DNA of 64,000 nt from an uncultured delta proteobacterium (GCA_963843145.1 CAWJJC010000028.1:64001-128000); one strand, 5' to 3'. Counted from the first letter of the stretch, positions 31,337-40,543 are shown. Translations and numbers: made by a program. Notes: generated from the letters alone by a model not told the origin.

Positions 31337-32818
31337 GTGAACTCAATCGATATTGTTCAAAAACTCTGGAATTACTGCAACGTCCTGCGCGACGACGGCA
31401 TGAGCTACGGCGACTACGTCGAGCAGCTTACCTATCTGCTATTTCTGAAAATGGCCAATGAAAGGGCCCGACCGCCCTATAACCAGCCGAGTATTGTTCC
31501 GGCAAAATATAGCTGGGAAAGTCTCCTGAAAAAGGATGGGGACGATCTGTTCGATCACTACCGACACCTCCTGGAGAACCTGGGCAATGAAAAAGGTCTG
31601 CTGGGGCTGATCTTCAATAAATCCCAGAATAAGTTCCAGGACCCGGCCAAGTTGCGCCGCTTGATCGTGGACCTGATCAACAAGGAAAATTGGTCCATGA
31701 TGAGCGCCGATGTCAAGGGGGATGCTTATGAGGGATTGCTGGAAAAGAACGCCCAGGACACGAAATCCGGCGCCGGGCAGTATTTTACGCCTCGCCCTTT
31801 GATCCGAGGCTATCATGGATGTAATGGTCGCCGAAACCCGGGGATACCATCTGCGACCCGGCCTGCGGCACAGGTGGTTTCCTGCTATTGGCCCACGATT
31901 ATATCGTGAAGCACTACCCGAATATGACCAAGGGCGAAAAACGGAAACTAAAGGAAAATACCTTTAAGAGTTGGGAACTGGTCCAGAGCACGGTGCGTTT
32001 ATGCGCCATGAACCTCATGCTCCATGGGATTGGAGGGCAGGAAGATCTACCGATCATCCCGGGAGATTCTTTGGCCTCGGACCCGGGGGATCGATTTGAA
32101 CTGGTTATGACCAATCCTCCTTTTGGGAAAAAGAGCAGCACCGCGATTGTGGCCGATGACGGAAAGGTGGTTAAAGAAAAAGAGATCATCGAGCGGGATG
32201 ATTTCTGGGCCACAACCACAAACAAGCAATTGAATTTCCTCCAGCACGTTAAAACGCTGCTTAAACCCAACGGCCGGGCGTCCATTGTCCTTCCCGACAA
32301 TGTCTTATTTGAAGGCGGGGCAGGGGAGACGGTTCGCCGAAAGCTGATGCATGAGTGTGACGTCCACACCCTTCTTCGCCTTCCGACCGGATTATTCTAT
32401 GCCCAGGGGGTCAAGGCCAATGTACTTTTTTTTGACCGCAAACCGGCTTCCGAAAATCCCTGGACCAAAAAGGTTTGGATTTACGATTTGAGGACCAATA
32501 AACACTTTACTTTAAAAACCAATCCCCTGAACCGGGAAGATCTGGACGAATTCGTCGGGTGCTATAACCCCTCCAACCGTCACAACCGCCAACCTACCTG
32601 GTCTGAAAAAAACCCTGATGGCCGTTGGCGGGCCTTTGACTATGAAGAGTTGATCAACCGGGATAAGACCAGCCTGGACATTTCGGCTGCGGGACGACAG
32701 CCTGGAAGATTCGGACAATCTTCCGGACCCGAATATTCTTGCGCTGGAGATTGTGGAGGATTTAGAGGCAGCTTTGGCACAATTTAAAGAGATAACCGAT
32801 GATTTGGGGGCCGCTTAA
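31337..32818 (+). pseudogene. hsdM: Type I restriction-modification methyltransferase HsdM; frameshifted near 31808-31830 and 32683
   Basis: KLWNYCNVLRDDG, AGQYFTPR, DPACGTGGFL (shifted frame), TNPPFG, IYDLRTN, and the C-terminus ...EDLEAALAQF in another frame ending at TAA 32816-32818. Confidence 0.9.
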
Positions 32819-32945
32819 TCTGTTGATGTTGGCTCCGGAGAAAACTACGTACGTTACGTAGCTTTAGTAAAGAACCATCTGTTTCTGTACTTGATATGAA
32901 TCGCGAAATTGCCAAATTGGGTTCGATTATACAGGGCTCACCGTC

Positions 32946-33731
32946 TCATTCTTGACCCCGCCAAATCCCTCCTTTCATGAGGGGAACCCTTCCAGAAAAA
33001 TATTCGAGCCTTCTCCTGATAAAATAGGTATGAACGACGGCAAAGACTACCAGCGGGGGATACAAGGCGATGATAATTCGAAAGACATGGATAAGGGCGC
33101 CTTCTCCGGGATAATGGGCGTAGAGGCTGAATATCCCATAAAGCCCGAAAACAGTCGGCATCAAAGTCCCGATATACTTCCCGATCATCTTAAGCTCTTG
33201 ATCCCTCCGGTTATGGTACCGAACCCCGAGATCGTCAAAAGTCCAGAGGGTTGATAACAGGAGGGAGATTACTATGGTGATACCTGCCGCGACCAGGAGT
33301 CTACTCGTCTGAAAATGACCGGGGGTAAAGGGAACAGAAGAGTTTGGAGAAGGGCCGGAGATTATTTGGATGACGGCCAACAGCTTGGTAGCAAAAATAA
33401 AGGCTATCCCGATTCCTTGAAACGGTCGGAAGAGCCAATGCTTAAGGCGGCTGATAGTTAATCTCCCGGCGGGCTCGATTTGGACAAAAACCAGACTCCC
33501 CTTCTTCAGGACAGAGTTATAGATCGGTTTTACCAGGTAGAGGGGCAGGCAGAGAAAAACGGCATAGCGGAAGAATCGAAGCAATACCCGGTAGACCACC
33601 CTCCAGCCGTCCATGGAAGGTTGGTTCCCCCAAAAAAGTTGAAAAACAAGGGAAAAAGACAAGACGAGGATAACGGGGACCAGGTCTTTGAACCATTGCC
33701 GGGCGGTTTCCCCTATCCCTGCTTTAGCCAT
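32946..33731 (-). CDS. Hypothetical multi-pass membrane protein
   Basis: About six hydrophobic segments, GAGG RBS, and co-oriented directly after the MBL hydrolase. Confidence 0.7.
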   Translation of the reverse strand: MAKAGIGETARQWFKDLVPVILVLSFSLVFQLFWGNQPSMDGWRVVYRVLLRFFRYAVFLCLPLYLVKPIYNSVLKKGSLVFVQIEPAGRLTISRLKHWLFRPFQGIGIAFIFATKLLAVIQIISGPSPNSSVPFTPGHFQTSRLLVAAGITIVISLLLSTLWTFDDLGVRYHNRRDQELKMIGKYIGTLMPTVFGLYGIFSLYAHYPGEGALIHVFRIIIALYPPLVVFAVVHTYFIRRRLEYFSGRVPLMKGGIWRGQE

Positions 33732-33745
33732 TACCTACCTCAAAA

Positions 33746-34642
33746 CTAAGACTGGTCCTGTAGATAACCCGCAAAACCGGCCAGGCTGTTTTGCATGAAG
33801 GTGCGCTCCCGCTGTTGAGCCTTTTCATCCATCAATCGGAAATTTTTCAGACAGGGGTCCTGATTCAACAGTGCTGTGGCGGCCGCTTCCAGCGGATCGT
33901 CGGGGTGGGATTCCAGGGCCTGCCGGGTAGCATTCAGCCAGCGGTAGAGCTGTTGCCGGTATTCCCTCAGGATTTCCCGGCTATGGGGAAATGCGCCCAA
34001 ATGAGCAAAAAAGATGGGCCGGTCCGCTAAAGCCAGCATTTGGTCGACACTGGCCACAGCCTGATCAAAAAAGAACCGGGGTGGGGTGGGGGGCCGGAGA
34101 TAAGGCCCGTCCCGGAAAGGGAGATAGATCCCGGCTCCTTCACCGGCGAAGAGCTTTCCCTGATAATCGAAGCTCAAATGATGGGGGGCATGTCCCGGCG
34201 TTTCCAGGATGGTCAAACCCGGAAGGAAAAAATCCGGATGACCGATTAAGCGCTCTTCCGGGACCGGCTCTATGGACCCATAGGCCAAGGCCATCTCTTT
34301 CAGGGTTTTTACACTTCCTTCCCACAATTTACCGGGGTCCAGCAAATGTTTCCGGCCCTGGGCATGGCAGACGGCCTTGGCCAGGGGAAATTCAGCTAAG
34401 AAAGGCCCCAGGCCGCCGGCATGATCGATGTGAATGTGGGAGAGCAACACATAATCGATCCGTTCCAGCCCTCGGGCTTTCAGATCCTGAATGAGCCCCT
34501 GGATCGAGGATCTGGGGCCTACGTCCACCACGATAGTTGGTGGACCGGGTATAACCCAGGCCCCGATAAACTGTTCCAGCCCGGGAACGGTTGGGGGAGA
34601 TCGATTAGAAAAGGGGCGCCGTCGCTTATGGGTTGTATTCAT
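33746..34642 (-). CDS. MBL-fold metallo-hydrolase
   Basis: SHIHIDHAGG, TPGHAPHH, FAGE, FAH. Confidence 0.9.
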   Translation of the reverse strand: MNTTHKRRRPFSNRSPPTVPGLEQFIGAWVIPGPPTIVVDVGPRSSIQGLIQDLKARGLERIDYVLLSHIHIDHAGGLGPFLAEFPLAKAVCHAQGRKHLLDPGKLWEGSVKTLKEMALAYGSIEPVPEERLIGHPDFFLPGLTILETPGHAPHHLSFDYQGKLFAGEGAGIYLPFRDGPYLRPPTPPRFFFDQAVASVDQMLALADRPIFFAHLGAFPHSREILREYRQQLYRWLNATRQALESHPDDPLEAAATALLNQDPCLKNFRLMDEKAQQRERTFMQNSLAGFAGYLQDQS

Positions 34643-34668
34643 TCGCTTAATGCCTTCCAGGGAGTTTT

Positions 34669-34853
34669 AAAAGATGAACATCGAACATCGAACGTCCAAC
34701 ATCGAATGAAGAATTAAAATCCCATCAAAGTATTGATGGTCTTGCAAAAAGTCGAAAGAACCGTCATCGCAATGACTGCCCTGGTGACTTTTTGCGAGGT
34801 CATCAAGATTCGATGTTGGATGTTGGACGTTCGATGTTCGACGTTCATCTTTT
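34669..34853. repeat. Composite palindromic repeat: heptamer (AACATCG)n arms enclosing a second inverted-repeat element
   Basis: Outer arms at 34669-34707 and 34808-34853. Inner TTGATGGTCTTGCAAAAAGTC (34733-34753) and GACTTTTTGCGAGGTCATCAA (34786-34806); single related ends at about 994-1012 and 51051-51069. Confidence 0.85.
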
Positions 34854-34861
34854 TCAGTGCT

Positions 34862-35509
34862 CTATGCTCCGCCTTCCCCGGCCTTCAGAATGCTTCGGGT
34901 GGTGACGTTGACCAAGGCCCAGATTACGTCTAACGGCAAATGGCGATCGATCGTCCGGTCAAAGGTAATGATCAGTTGGGCCGGGAATTCGTCGTCTTCC
35001 GCATAAAGAATATACTCCAAAGAAATTCGGGGGAGGGCGCGCAGTTCAAAGGCCCCATCCCCTTGATGAGTGGCTATTCCCCCCAGGGTAAGTCCGGCCT
35101 GCAGAAATCCCTGCGGATCCCGGGCAAATTTCTTTTCCAAGGGTTCTTTGGACAGGGCATGGGGCCCACGGAAAAAAAGAGCCCCGCCATTCAGCTCTTT
35201 CTCGTTCACCTTGATCCCCGAAAGCGGGATTTCCCGGGTCCGGAGCAGGTAGATCAGCGAAACCAGCGCTTCCTGAAAACTCGGACTTTTATGGGGAACC
35301 CTCTCCCACTGCAGTTGACGGGTATCCGGCCGGCAAAGCAGCCGATCGTTCAAAAAGGGGAGGGCATACCCGGTAGCGGGGTCATGGGTTACCAGGGACC
35401 GCCGGCAGACTTCTCCGGGGGATTGGTGGTTCAAATCCTCCCAGTATTCCGGGGGGATTTTGTCGAATTCCCGGTAGAGGGAAATGTCATTCGGGTCCAG
35501 CGGGGGCAT
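34862..35509 (-). CDS. DUF3786 family protein
   Basis: LNGGALFFRGPH, ALPRI...DDEFPA...FD...HLPLDVIWAL. The start position is approximate. Confidence 0.75.
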   Translation of the reverse strand: MPPLDPNDISLYREFDKIPPEYWEDLNHQSPGEVCRRSLVTHDPATGYALPFLNDRLLCRPDTRQLQWERVPHKSPSFQEALVSLIYLLRTREIPLSGIKVNEKELNGGALFFRGPHALSKEPLEKKFARDPQGFLQAGLTLGGIATHQGDGAFELRALPRISLEYILYAEDDEFPAQLIITFDRTIDRHLPLDVIWALVNVTTRSILKAGEGGA

Positions 35510-35520
35510 CAGGATCCATA

Positions 35521-35656
35521 AACCCGAAATTCGAAGCACGAAATCCGAAACAAGCACGAAAGTCCAAAATCCAAATGATCAAAACAAAAACATTTCGAAT
35601 TTTGAAATTTGGTCATTTGAATTTGTTTCGAATTTCGATATTCGAATTTTGAATTT
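35521..35656. repeat. Heptamer-based palindromic repeat (AAATTCG/AAGCACG/AAATCCG units with a complementary arm)
   Basis: GAAATTCGAAGCACGAAATCCGAAACAA ... TTGTTTCGAATTTCGATATTCGAATTTT. Related partial copies at about 20231-20256 and 48352-48572. Confidence 0.8.
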
Positions 35657-35695
35657 TAACCAATAACTAAGATATTATGGGTTAGGTTTTTCTGC

Positions 35696-37516
35696 TCAGG
35701 GAACAGCGGGCCGGTTCCGGTAATAAAATTCGATATATTTAACCAATTCCCGCTTCAGGTCTTTTCTTTCCGTCACGGTGTGGATCCCGCGAATGCCGTA
35801 GAAATAGTTCGGGTATTGAAATATGAGACCGGAAAGGGCGCACAGGGAATCGGAGCGGATTAATTTTTCATCCACTTCGAAGCCTCTGGATTTCATAACC
35901 CGGGGACCGGTGAAAATAACCAGGGCATTGGGCTCGGCAATGATCACGTCTCCCAGGGAGGCAAAACTGGCAATGGCGCCCCCGGTGGAGGGATCGCCCA
36001 GGATGGAAATAAAGGGCAGGCCCTCCCGTTTCAGCCGTTGAAGGGAGGCGATGGTCTTGACCATCTGCATCAAAGCCAGGATTCCTTCATAGAGTCGGGC
36101 GCCTCCGGAGCAGCACAGCGTGATGAAGGGATATTTTTTTTCGATGGCTCGATCCACCGCCTGCCGGAATTTTTCCCCGAAGGCTACGCCCATCGAGCCG
36201 CCACTGAAATAAAAATCCGAAATGGCCAGGATCACCGAATGGCCGTAAAGAGTGGCCTCTCCCGTCACCAGGGATTCCCGAAAATGGGACCGTTTTTTCT
36301 GTTTATTCAAAAAATCCTGGTAATAAGGGGTCATGTCCTCCGGTTCCAGTAATTGGCTGACGTCCAGGTCCCGGTTAAGCTCAAAGAAACTTTCCTTATC
36401 CGTCAGGCACTGGATCCAGCCGCCGGCATCCAGGACGGTCCGCCGGCCGCAGTGCGGGCAGACCTGATGGTTCTCCAGGTATTCCTCCAGTTTGATCAAT
36501 TGCCCGCAGCCGCTGGGCGGATTTTGCCCTCTTTCCCGGCCGCATTGAATATAGTCCTGTTGGGGTTCCAGGGCCTGTAAGTCGGCATACTGTTCGTTCA
36601 CCTGAGTTAAGCCGTCAAAATTGACCACCTGGATATCCGGGGGGAGTTTATAGAAAAACTTTTTAAAGGGTCGTTCCAGCAATTTCTTCAGTTCATGGAC
36701 CTTGCCCTGATGCTTGGGAAGGCCGAAAGATAAGGCCCTTCTTTCCCGCTGCTCCAGCAGTTTATTGATTTTTATCCGGGAGAGCTCCTGAGTCGATTTC
36801 TGAAGGTAGCGGCCGATGGAGGCGGCAAAACCCTCCAGGTCGGTAATCTCCTCGGGCACCGGAAGGATCTGGTCGATGACCCCTAGCCGTTTTAGATCCT
36901 TGGCCGTCGGTTTGGATATTTCCAGGGCTTCCTGGATACGGCCGGCGTCCCGAAAGATTATGGAAGCCATGGATTCGGGCGGGGCGGTAGCGTACAGGGC
37001 GTCCTCCATTTGAGCCCGGCGGTCCGTCATCTGCAGGGCCAGCGCGCCGCCGCTCCCGCCTTCTCCCAGGACTACCGAAATGGTGCGGATAGGTATGGTC
37101 AGGAATTCCCGGATCAGGTGACTGATGAAGTAGGCTTGAAAACGACGGGCCGAAGCCATGGAGATATCGGCGCCGTAGGTGTCGATCAAACAAAGAACGA
37201 AAAGATCGTTGGCATCCATGTACCGGGCCTGGTTCAACATGCCTAAAATTTGGGAATGTTCATCCGCCGAGAGCATTCCCAAATTCAATTTCCCGATGTT
37301 TTCCGATTTCCGCAGTTTTTCGAAGTTGGGCTTTTCCTGCCCGATGACCAGGATCCGTTTTCCATTGAAACGACCTTCCCCGCAAACCAGCGATTCCCCC
37401 GCGGGAGTAAAGTATTTAAAGTGATTAAACAGGACGCGGATAATATCCGCTGAACGGGGACGTCGGGGGTGTCGGGTGCGGCGCTTGAAAAGCTCGACCA
37501 AGTCTGAGGGTTTCAT
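35696..37516 (-). CDS. Fused acyl-CoA carboxylase carboxyltransferase, alpha (AccA) followed by beta (AccD)
   Basis: N-terminal half: IDTYGA, GEGGSGGALA, PPESMASI, LGVIDQI. C-terminal half: Zn-ribbon Cys, GGSMG, SGGARLYEG, DPSTGG..ASFA, AEP.A...FTGPRV. Confidence 0.88.
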   Translation of the reverse strand: MKPSDLVELFKRRTRHPRRPRSADIIRVLFNHFKYFTPAGESLVCGEGRFNGKRILVIGQEKPNFEKLRKSENIGKLNLGMLSADEHSQILGMLNQARYMDANDLFVLCLIDTYGADISMASARRFQAYFISHLIREFLTIPIRTISVVLGEGGSGGALALQMTDRRAQMEDALYATAPPESMASIIFRDAGRIQEALEISKPTAKDLKRLGVIDQILPVPEEITDLEGFAASIGRYLQKSTQELSRIKINKLLEQRERRALSFGLPKHQGKVHELKKLLERPFKKFFYKLPPDIQVVNFDGLTQVNEQYADLQALEPQQDYIQCGRERGQNPPSGCGQLIKLEEYLENHQVCPHCGRRTVLDAGGWIQCLTDKESFFELNRDLDVSQLLEPEDMTPYYQDFLNKQKKRSHFRESLVTGEATLYGHSVILAISDFYFSGGSMGVAFGEKFRQAVDRAIEKKYPFITLCCSGGARLYEGILALMQMVKTIASLQRLKREGLPFISILGDPSTGGAIASFASLGDVIIAEPNALVIFTGPRVMKSRGFEVDEKLIRSDSLCALSGLIFQYPNYFYGIRGIHTVTERKDLKRELVKYIEFYYRNRPAVP

Positions 37517-37633
37517 TTGGATTTTGGACCTTTGTGCCTGTTGGGGTTTAGGGATCGATAATATCTAGTATGTAAATAGCTTTCCGGGGCAAGGGGGTTT
37601 AGTACGAAAATAGCCTCCTAAAACGACACCAGG

Positions 37634-37677
37634 GCCAATAATCAATAATCAATTATCGATTATCAATTGATTATTAA
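37634..37677. repeat. AT-rich AATAATC/GATTATT palindromic repeat
   Basis: CCAATAATCAATAATCAATTATCGATTATCAATTGATTATT. Related copies at about 40265-40320 and 41310-41348. Confidence 0.7.
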
Positions 37678-37683
37678 GTTTTT

Positions 37684-37740
37684 CGTAGGGGCGGCGACCC
37701 CGTCACGCCCTAGGCGTGACCGGATTTGACCACCGTCGCC
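37684..37740. repeat. GTAG-type REP-like repeat with an internal insertion
   Basis: Near-identical to 41645-41700. Related units at 41750-41772, about 46768-46790 and 55704-55874. Confidence 0.8.
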
Positions 37741-37911
37741 TTAGCTTGACCTTGGATAGGGAGTGAACCCTGACGCTTGCCCATTCGGCAGGCTATGATT
37801 ATATTGTTTCAGAACAAATATAAAATAAGTATAAGAAAGAAAGTTGAAGCAAGTCAAGCAGAAAGGGTCTGGAGGTTTATACCGCTTGTTGGGAAAAAGA
37901 GAAAAAACTCC

Positions 37912-37939
37912 TTGCCAAATCTATTGATTTTGGTAAAAT
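37912..37939 (+). promoter_or_regulatory. Sigma70 promoter for tRNA-His
   Basis: TTGCCA-16nt-TAAAAT with a TG extension, about 18 nt upstream of the tRNA. Confidence 0.6.
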
Positions 37940-37957
37940 ATTCTATTTTTGACTTAT

Positions 37958-38035
37958 GGTGAGTGTAGCTCAGTTGGTTAGAGCACTGGGTTGTGGCCCC
38001 AGAGGTCGAGGGTTCGAGCCCCTTCACTCACCCCA
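37958..38035 (+). tRNA. tRNA-His (GTG) with G-1 and encoded CCA
   Basis: Acceptor GTGAGTG/CACTCAC plus G-1:C73, D arm GCTCAGTTGGTTAGAGC, anticodon arm CTGGG-TTGTGGC-CCCAG, T loop GTTCGAG. Confidence 0.97.
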
Positions 38036-38065
38036 ATTTTCTAATATCGGGATGGGAACCTCACG

Positions 38066-38725
38066 ATGAGACCATTCAAAGTCATCCAGTTGATCCTTTT
38101 GGGCCTGCTGTCGGTTTCCCTGTGGTCCTGTTCGGGAAGCAGCTCCGACTCCGGGGGTGGAGGATCGAACTCGGATTACCAATTTCTTTTCGACCACAAT
38201 GCCCAGCAATTGGACGGCCACACGATTCGCTGGCAATCCAATACGATAAAAGTATATACCGCGGGGATTCCCGGTGCCGAAACGGCCGTAAACCGCTGGG
38301 CCGGGCCGGTTAATTTCGTTTTTGTCGGTTCCCCCCCGTCCGACGGCATCTCCTTTTCTTTGGCCGGTTCCACCAGTTTTTGTGGTGTAACCAATACCTT
38401 CTATCTTAACTCCGGGAGGATTTCCAGGGCGGAAGTCTCCATCAATGCCAACCAGCAGTTTTGCCGGGGAGGATTGGATAATACCCTGACCCATGAAACG
38501 GCCCATGCCTTGGGCTTTTTCGGACACACCGCGGACGGGACCCTGATGGACCCCGATGGAGGGAACGGGAGCATTACCGGTACGCTTAGAAATTTCATGG
38601 GGCTCCTTTATTCCCATGAACCCGGCTGGGATATCAATTCTTTCCTGTCGTTGCAGCGAAAGATGCCCGACCGTGGTCGTTATCAGGCGAACGGCACTCA
38701 AATGAACGTCCGGGTGGATTACTGA
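38066..38725 (+). CDS. Lipoprotein metzincin (matrixin-like) metallopeptidase
   Basis: Lipobox LWSC, Ser/Gly linker, HETAHALGFFGH and a Met-turn (TLM). Confidence 0.82.
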   Translation: MRPFKVIQLILLGLLSVSLWSCSGSSSDSGGGGSNSDYQFLFDHNAQQLDGHTIRWQSNTIKVYTAGIPGAETAVNRWAGPVNFVFVGSPPSDGISFSLAGSTSFCGVTNTFYLNSGRISRAEVSINANQQFCRGGLDNTLTHETAHALGFFGHTADGTLMDPDGGNGSITGTLRNFMGLLYSHEPGWDINSFLSLQRKMPDRGRYQANGTQMNVRVDY

Positions 38726-38753
38726 TGACGGATAGGCGGCGAGGGGTTTAACC

Positions 38754-39167
38754 ATGCGACTGATCCTGCTTCTGGTCGTTTTGGCTTCCTTCGTCTCCGT
38801 GGCAGCGACCTGCCAGGAGGTCCGGCAGGAGTCGGGTCTTAACCTGATCGTCAGCGATATTCCTTGCGACAGCGTGGGGGATAAGCTCCAACAGGAGCTA
38901 AAACGGTTGCGAATTCCCGTCCTGAAAGTAGATCCGGCGCAGGGTCTTATTGAAACCGGGCCGGTACAAAATGATCCCCTGCCGGGTGATGGCTATAAAA
39001 GGGTTGAGGAACGGTACCGGTTGGAAATGAAATGCCGAGAGGCGTTGACGACTAAGATCACTTGCCAGGCTGTGGTCAAAGGCTTGAATCCGGATAACTC
39101 CTGGATCCAATTGTCGGAAACCGGACCTTACGAAAAGCGTTTTCTGGATCAACTAAAGATCCGATAA
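38754..39167 (+). CDS. Hypothetical secreted protein
   Basis: Signal peptide and GAGG RBS; co-oriented with the peptidase. Confidence 0.65.
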   Translation: MRLILLLVVLASFVSVAATCQEVRQESGLNLIVSDIPCDSVGDKLQQELKRLRIPVLKVDPAQGLIETGPVQNDPLPGDGYKRVEERYRLEMKCREALTTKITCQAVVKGLNPDNSWIQLSETGPYEKRFLDQLKIR

Positions 39168-39219
39168 ATCTCCTGGGCTTCCGCCCTTTCCGCCGGTCAA
39201 TCCCCCTCTTTATTGAACC

Positions 39220-39316
39220 TTTTTTGCCGCAGACGCACGCGGACAAAGGCGGACTATTCTTTTTAGCCGGGCAAGTCGCCGCGACCCTGGCTCCGCCTTT
39301 GTCTGCGGCAAAAAAA
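39220..39316. repeat. Palindromic repeat
   Basis: TTTTTTGCCGCAGAC ... GACAAAGGCGGA ... TCCGCCTTTGTCTGCGGCAAAAAA. Confidence 0.75.
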
Positions 39317-39366
39317 TTCCAAAATTTCGGCTGGGGTAATTCATTTTCTTAAGCGACTGAGCGACT

Positions 39367-40035
39367 ATGCACCATTTGACCAAGGCCCGGCTCGCAGAGG
39401 CGGACTGGAACATCATAAAGGAAATTGCCCGGAAGGCCGTTGGACCAGGTCCGGGCAGCCACGGTTGGGACCATGTGCGGCGGGTTTATGAATTGTGCCT
39501 GAAGATCGGCCGGAAAGAAAAGGCCGATTTGACCATACTGGGATTGGCCGCCTTGCTGCACGATATCGGGCGGCAGGAGGAGAAGGCCTCTAAGGGGAAG
39601 ATCTGTCATGCCCGGGTCGGCGCCCGCAAAGCCGCCGAAATCCTGGCGCCCCTTAACCTTGCCCCCGGTACCCGGCGGGCGGTGATTCACTGTATTCGCA
39701 GTCACCGCTTCAGAGGGAATCATCCCCCGGACAGTCTGGAAGCCCGGATCCTCTTTGATGCGGATAAGCTGGACTCCCTCGGGGCCGTGGGCGTGGGACG
39801 GGCCTTTTTGTTTGCCGGGGAAGTAGGGGCCAGGCTGCACAATGCCCATAAAGACCTTTCCCGGACCGTTTCATACAGTTGGGAGGATACCGCCTTCAGA
39901 GAATTTCAGGTAAAACTGAGGAAGGTCAAGGATCGCATGCAAACCCGGACCGGGAAGGCCCTGGCTGAAAGCCGGCACCTTTTTATGGTCCGATTTTTTG
40001 CCCGGCTGGATCAGGAGGTCAAGGCGTTGAAGTGA
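39367..40035 (+). CDS. HD-domain phosphohydrolase
   Basis: SHGWDHVRRV, ALLHDIGR, HRFR, DADKLDSLGAVG. Confidence 0.9.
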   Translation: MHHLTKARLAEADWNIIKEIARKAVGPGPGSHGWDHVRRVYELCLKIGRKEKADLTILGLAALLHDIGRQEEKASKGKICHARVGARKAAEILAPLNLAPGTRRAVIHCIRSHRFRGNHPPDSLEARILFDADKLDSLGAVGVGRAFLFAGEVGARLHNAHKDLSRTVSYSWEDTAFREFQVKLRKVKDRMQTRTGKALAESRHLFMVRFFARLDQEVKALK

Positions 40036-40069
40036 CGGAGCCACGAGAGGATTCATTTATTCGCTTTTT

Positions 40070-40246
40070 CGTAGGGGAGGGGACTTCGGCGAGCCCTTCG
40101 ATTGACTCAGGGCCTTGAGCTTGCCGAAAGGCTCAGTCGAGTTGTTAACCCCCTCCCGAGCTTGGGAATCGGGGATTCACATCTTTTTACAACAACGTGA
40201 TTTATGCCGGGTTGGGTGCGGGAGGGGATGAACCCCTCCCCTACAC
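40070..40246. repeat. REP doublet (GTAGGGGAGGGG...CCCCTCCCCTAC) with a nested insert; copy 1
   Basis: The first ~109 nt match 61318-61426 with about three mismatches; both copies end GCGGGAGGGGAT.AACCCCTCCCCTACAC. Confidence 0.9.
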
Positions 40247-40352
40247 TTTAGTAGCGATGAACCCAATTATTAATAATCAATTGTCAATTAATAATTAAGA
40301 ATTGATTATTGATTATTGGCCAAGGTGCAGGTTAAGGAGGTTATTTTCGTAA

Positions 40353-40396
40353 TAAACCCCCATGCCCGGGGGCGGGCACCCCGAAGCATGAAAATA
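40353..40396. repeat. Short dispersed repeat AAACCCCCATGC...CGAAGCATGAAAAT
   Basis: Other copies at 41379-41420 (reverse), 41792-41829 (reverse) and 61257-61300. Confidence 0.85.
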
Positions 40397-40412
40397 TGAA
40401 CCGGCCAAGGTT

Positions 40413-40501
40413 CGTCATTCCGGACAAGCGAAGCGCGATCCGGAATCCAGCCTCGGATAAGCACTGGAGGTCCTGGATCCCGGATCGAGTCCGGGATGAC
40501 G
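40413..40501. repeat. GTCATYCCG...GGRATGAC palindromic repeat
   Basis: Related copies at about 41469-41546, 41570-41597, 45243-45329 and 46649-46710; GTCATTGCG variants at about 42465-42507 and 51079-51112. Confidence 0.85.
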
Positions 40502-40543
40502 GCAAAAAAATACCTCAAAGCGGAGTTCGACTTTATTTACATA

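Noticed and set aside
34669-35656. Possible CRISPR array
   Set aside because: The units are degenerate 7-mers arranged as inverted arms with no unique spacers, and there are no cas genes.
37958-38100. tRNA-His as the integration site of an island
   Set aside because: No integrase and no duplicated tRNA 3' end were seen in the window.
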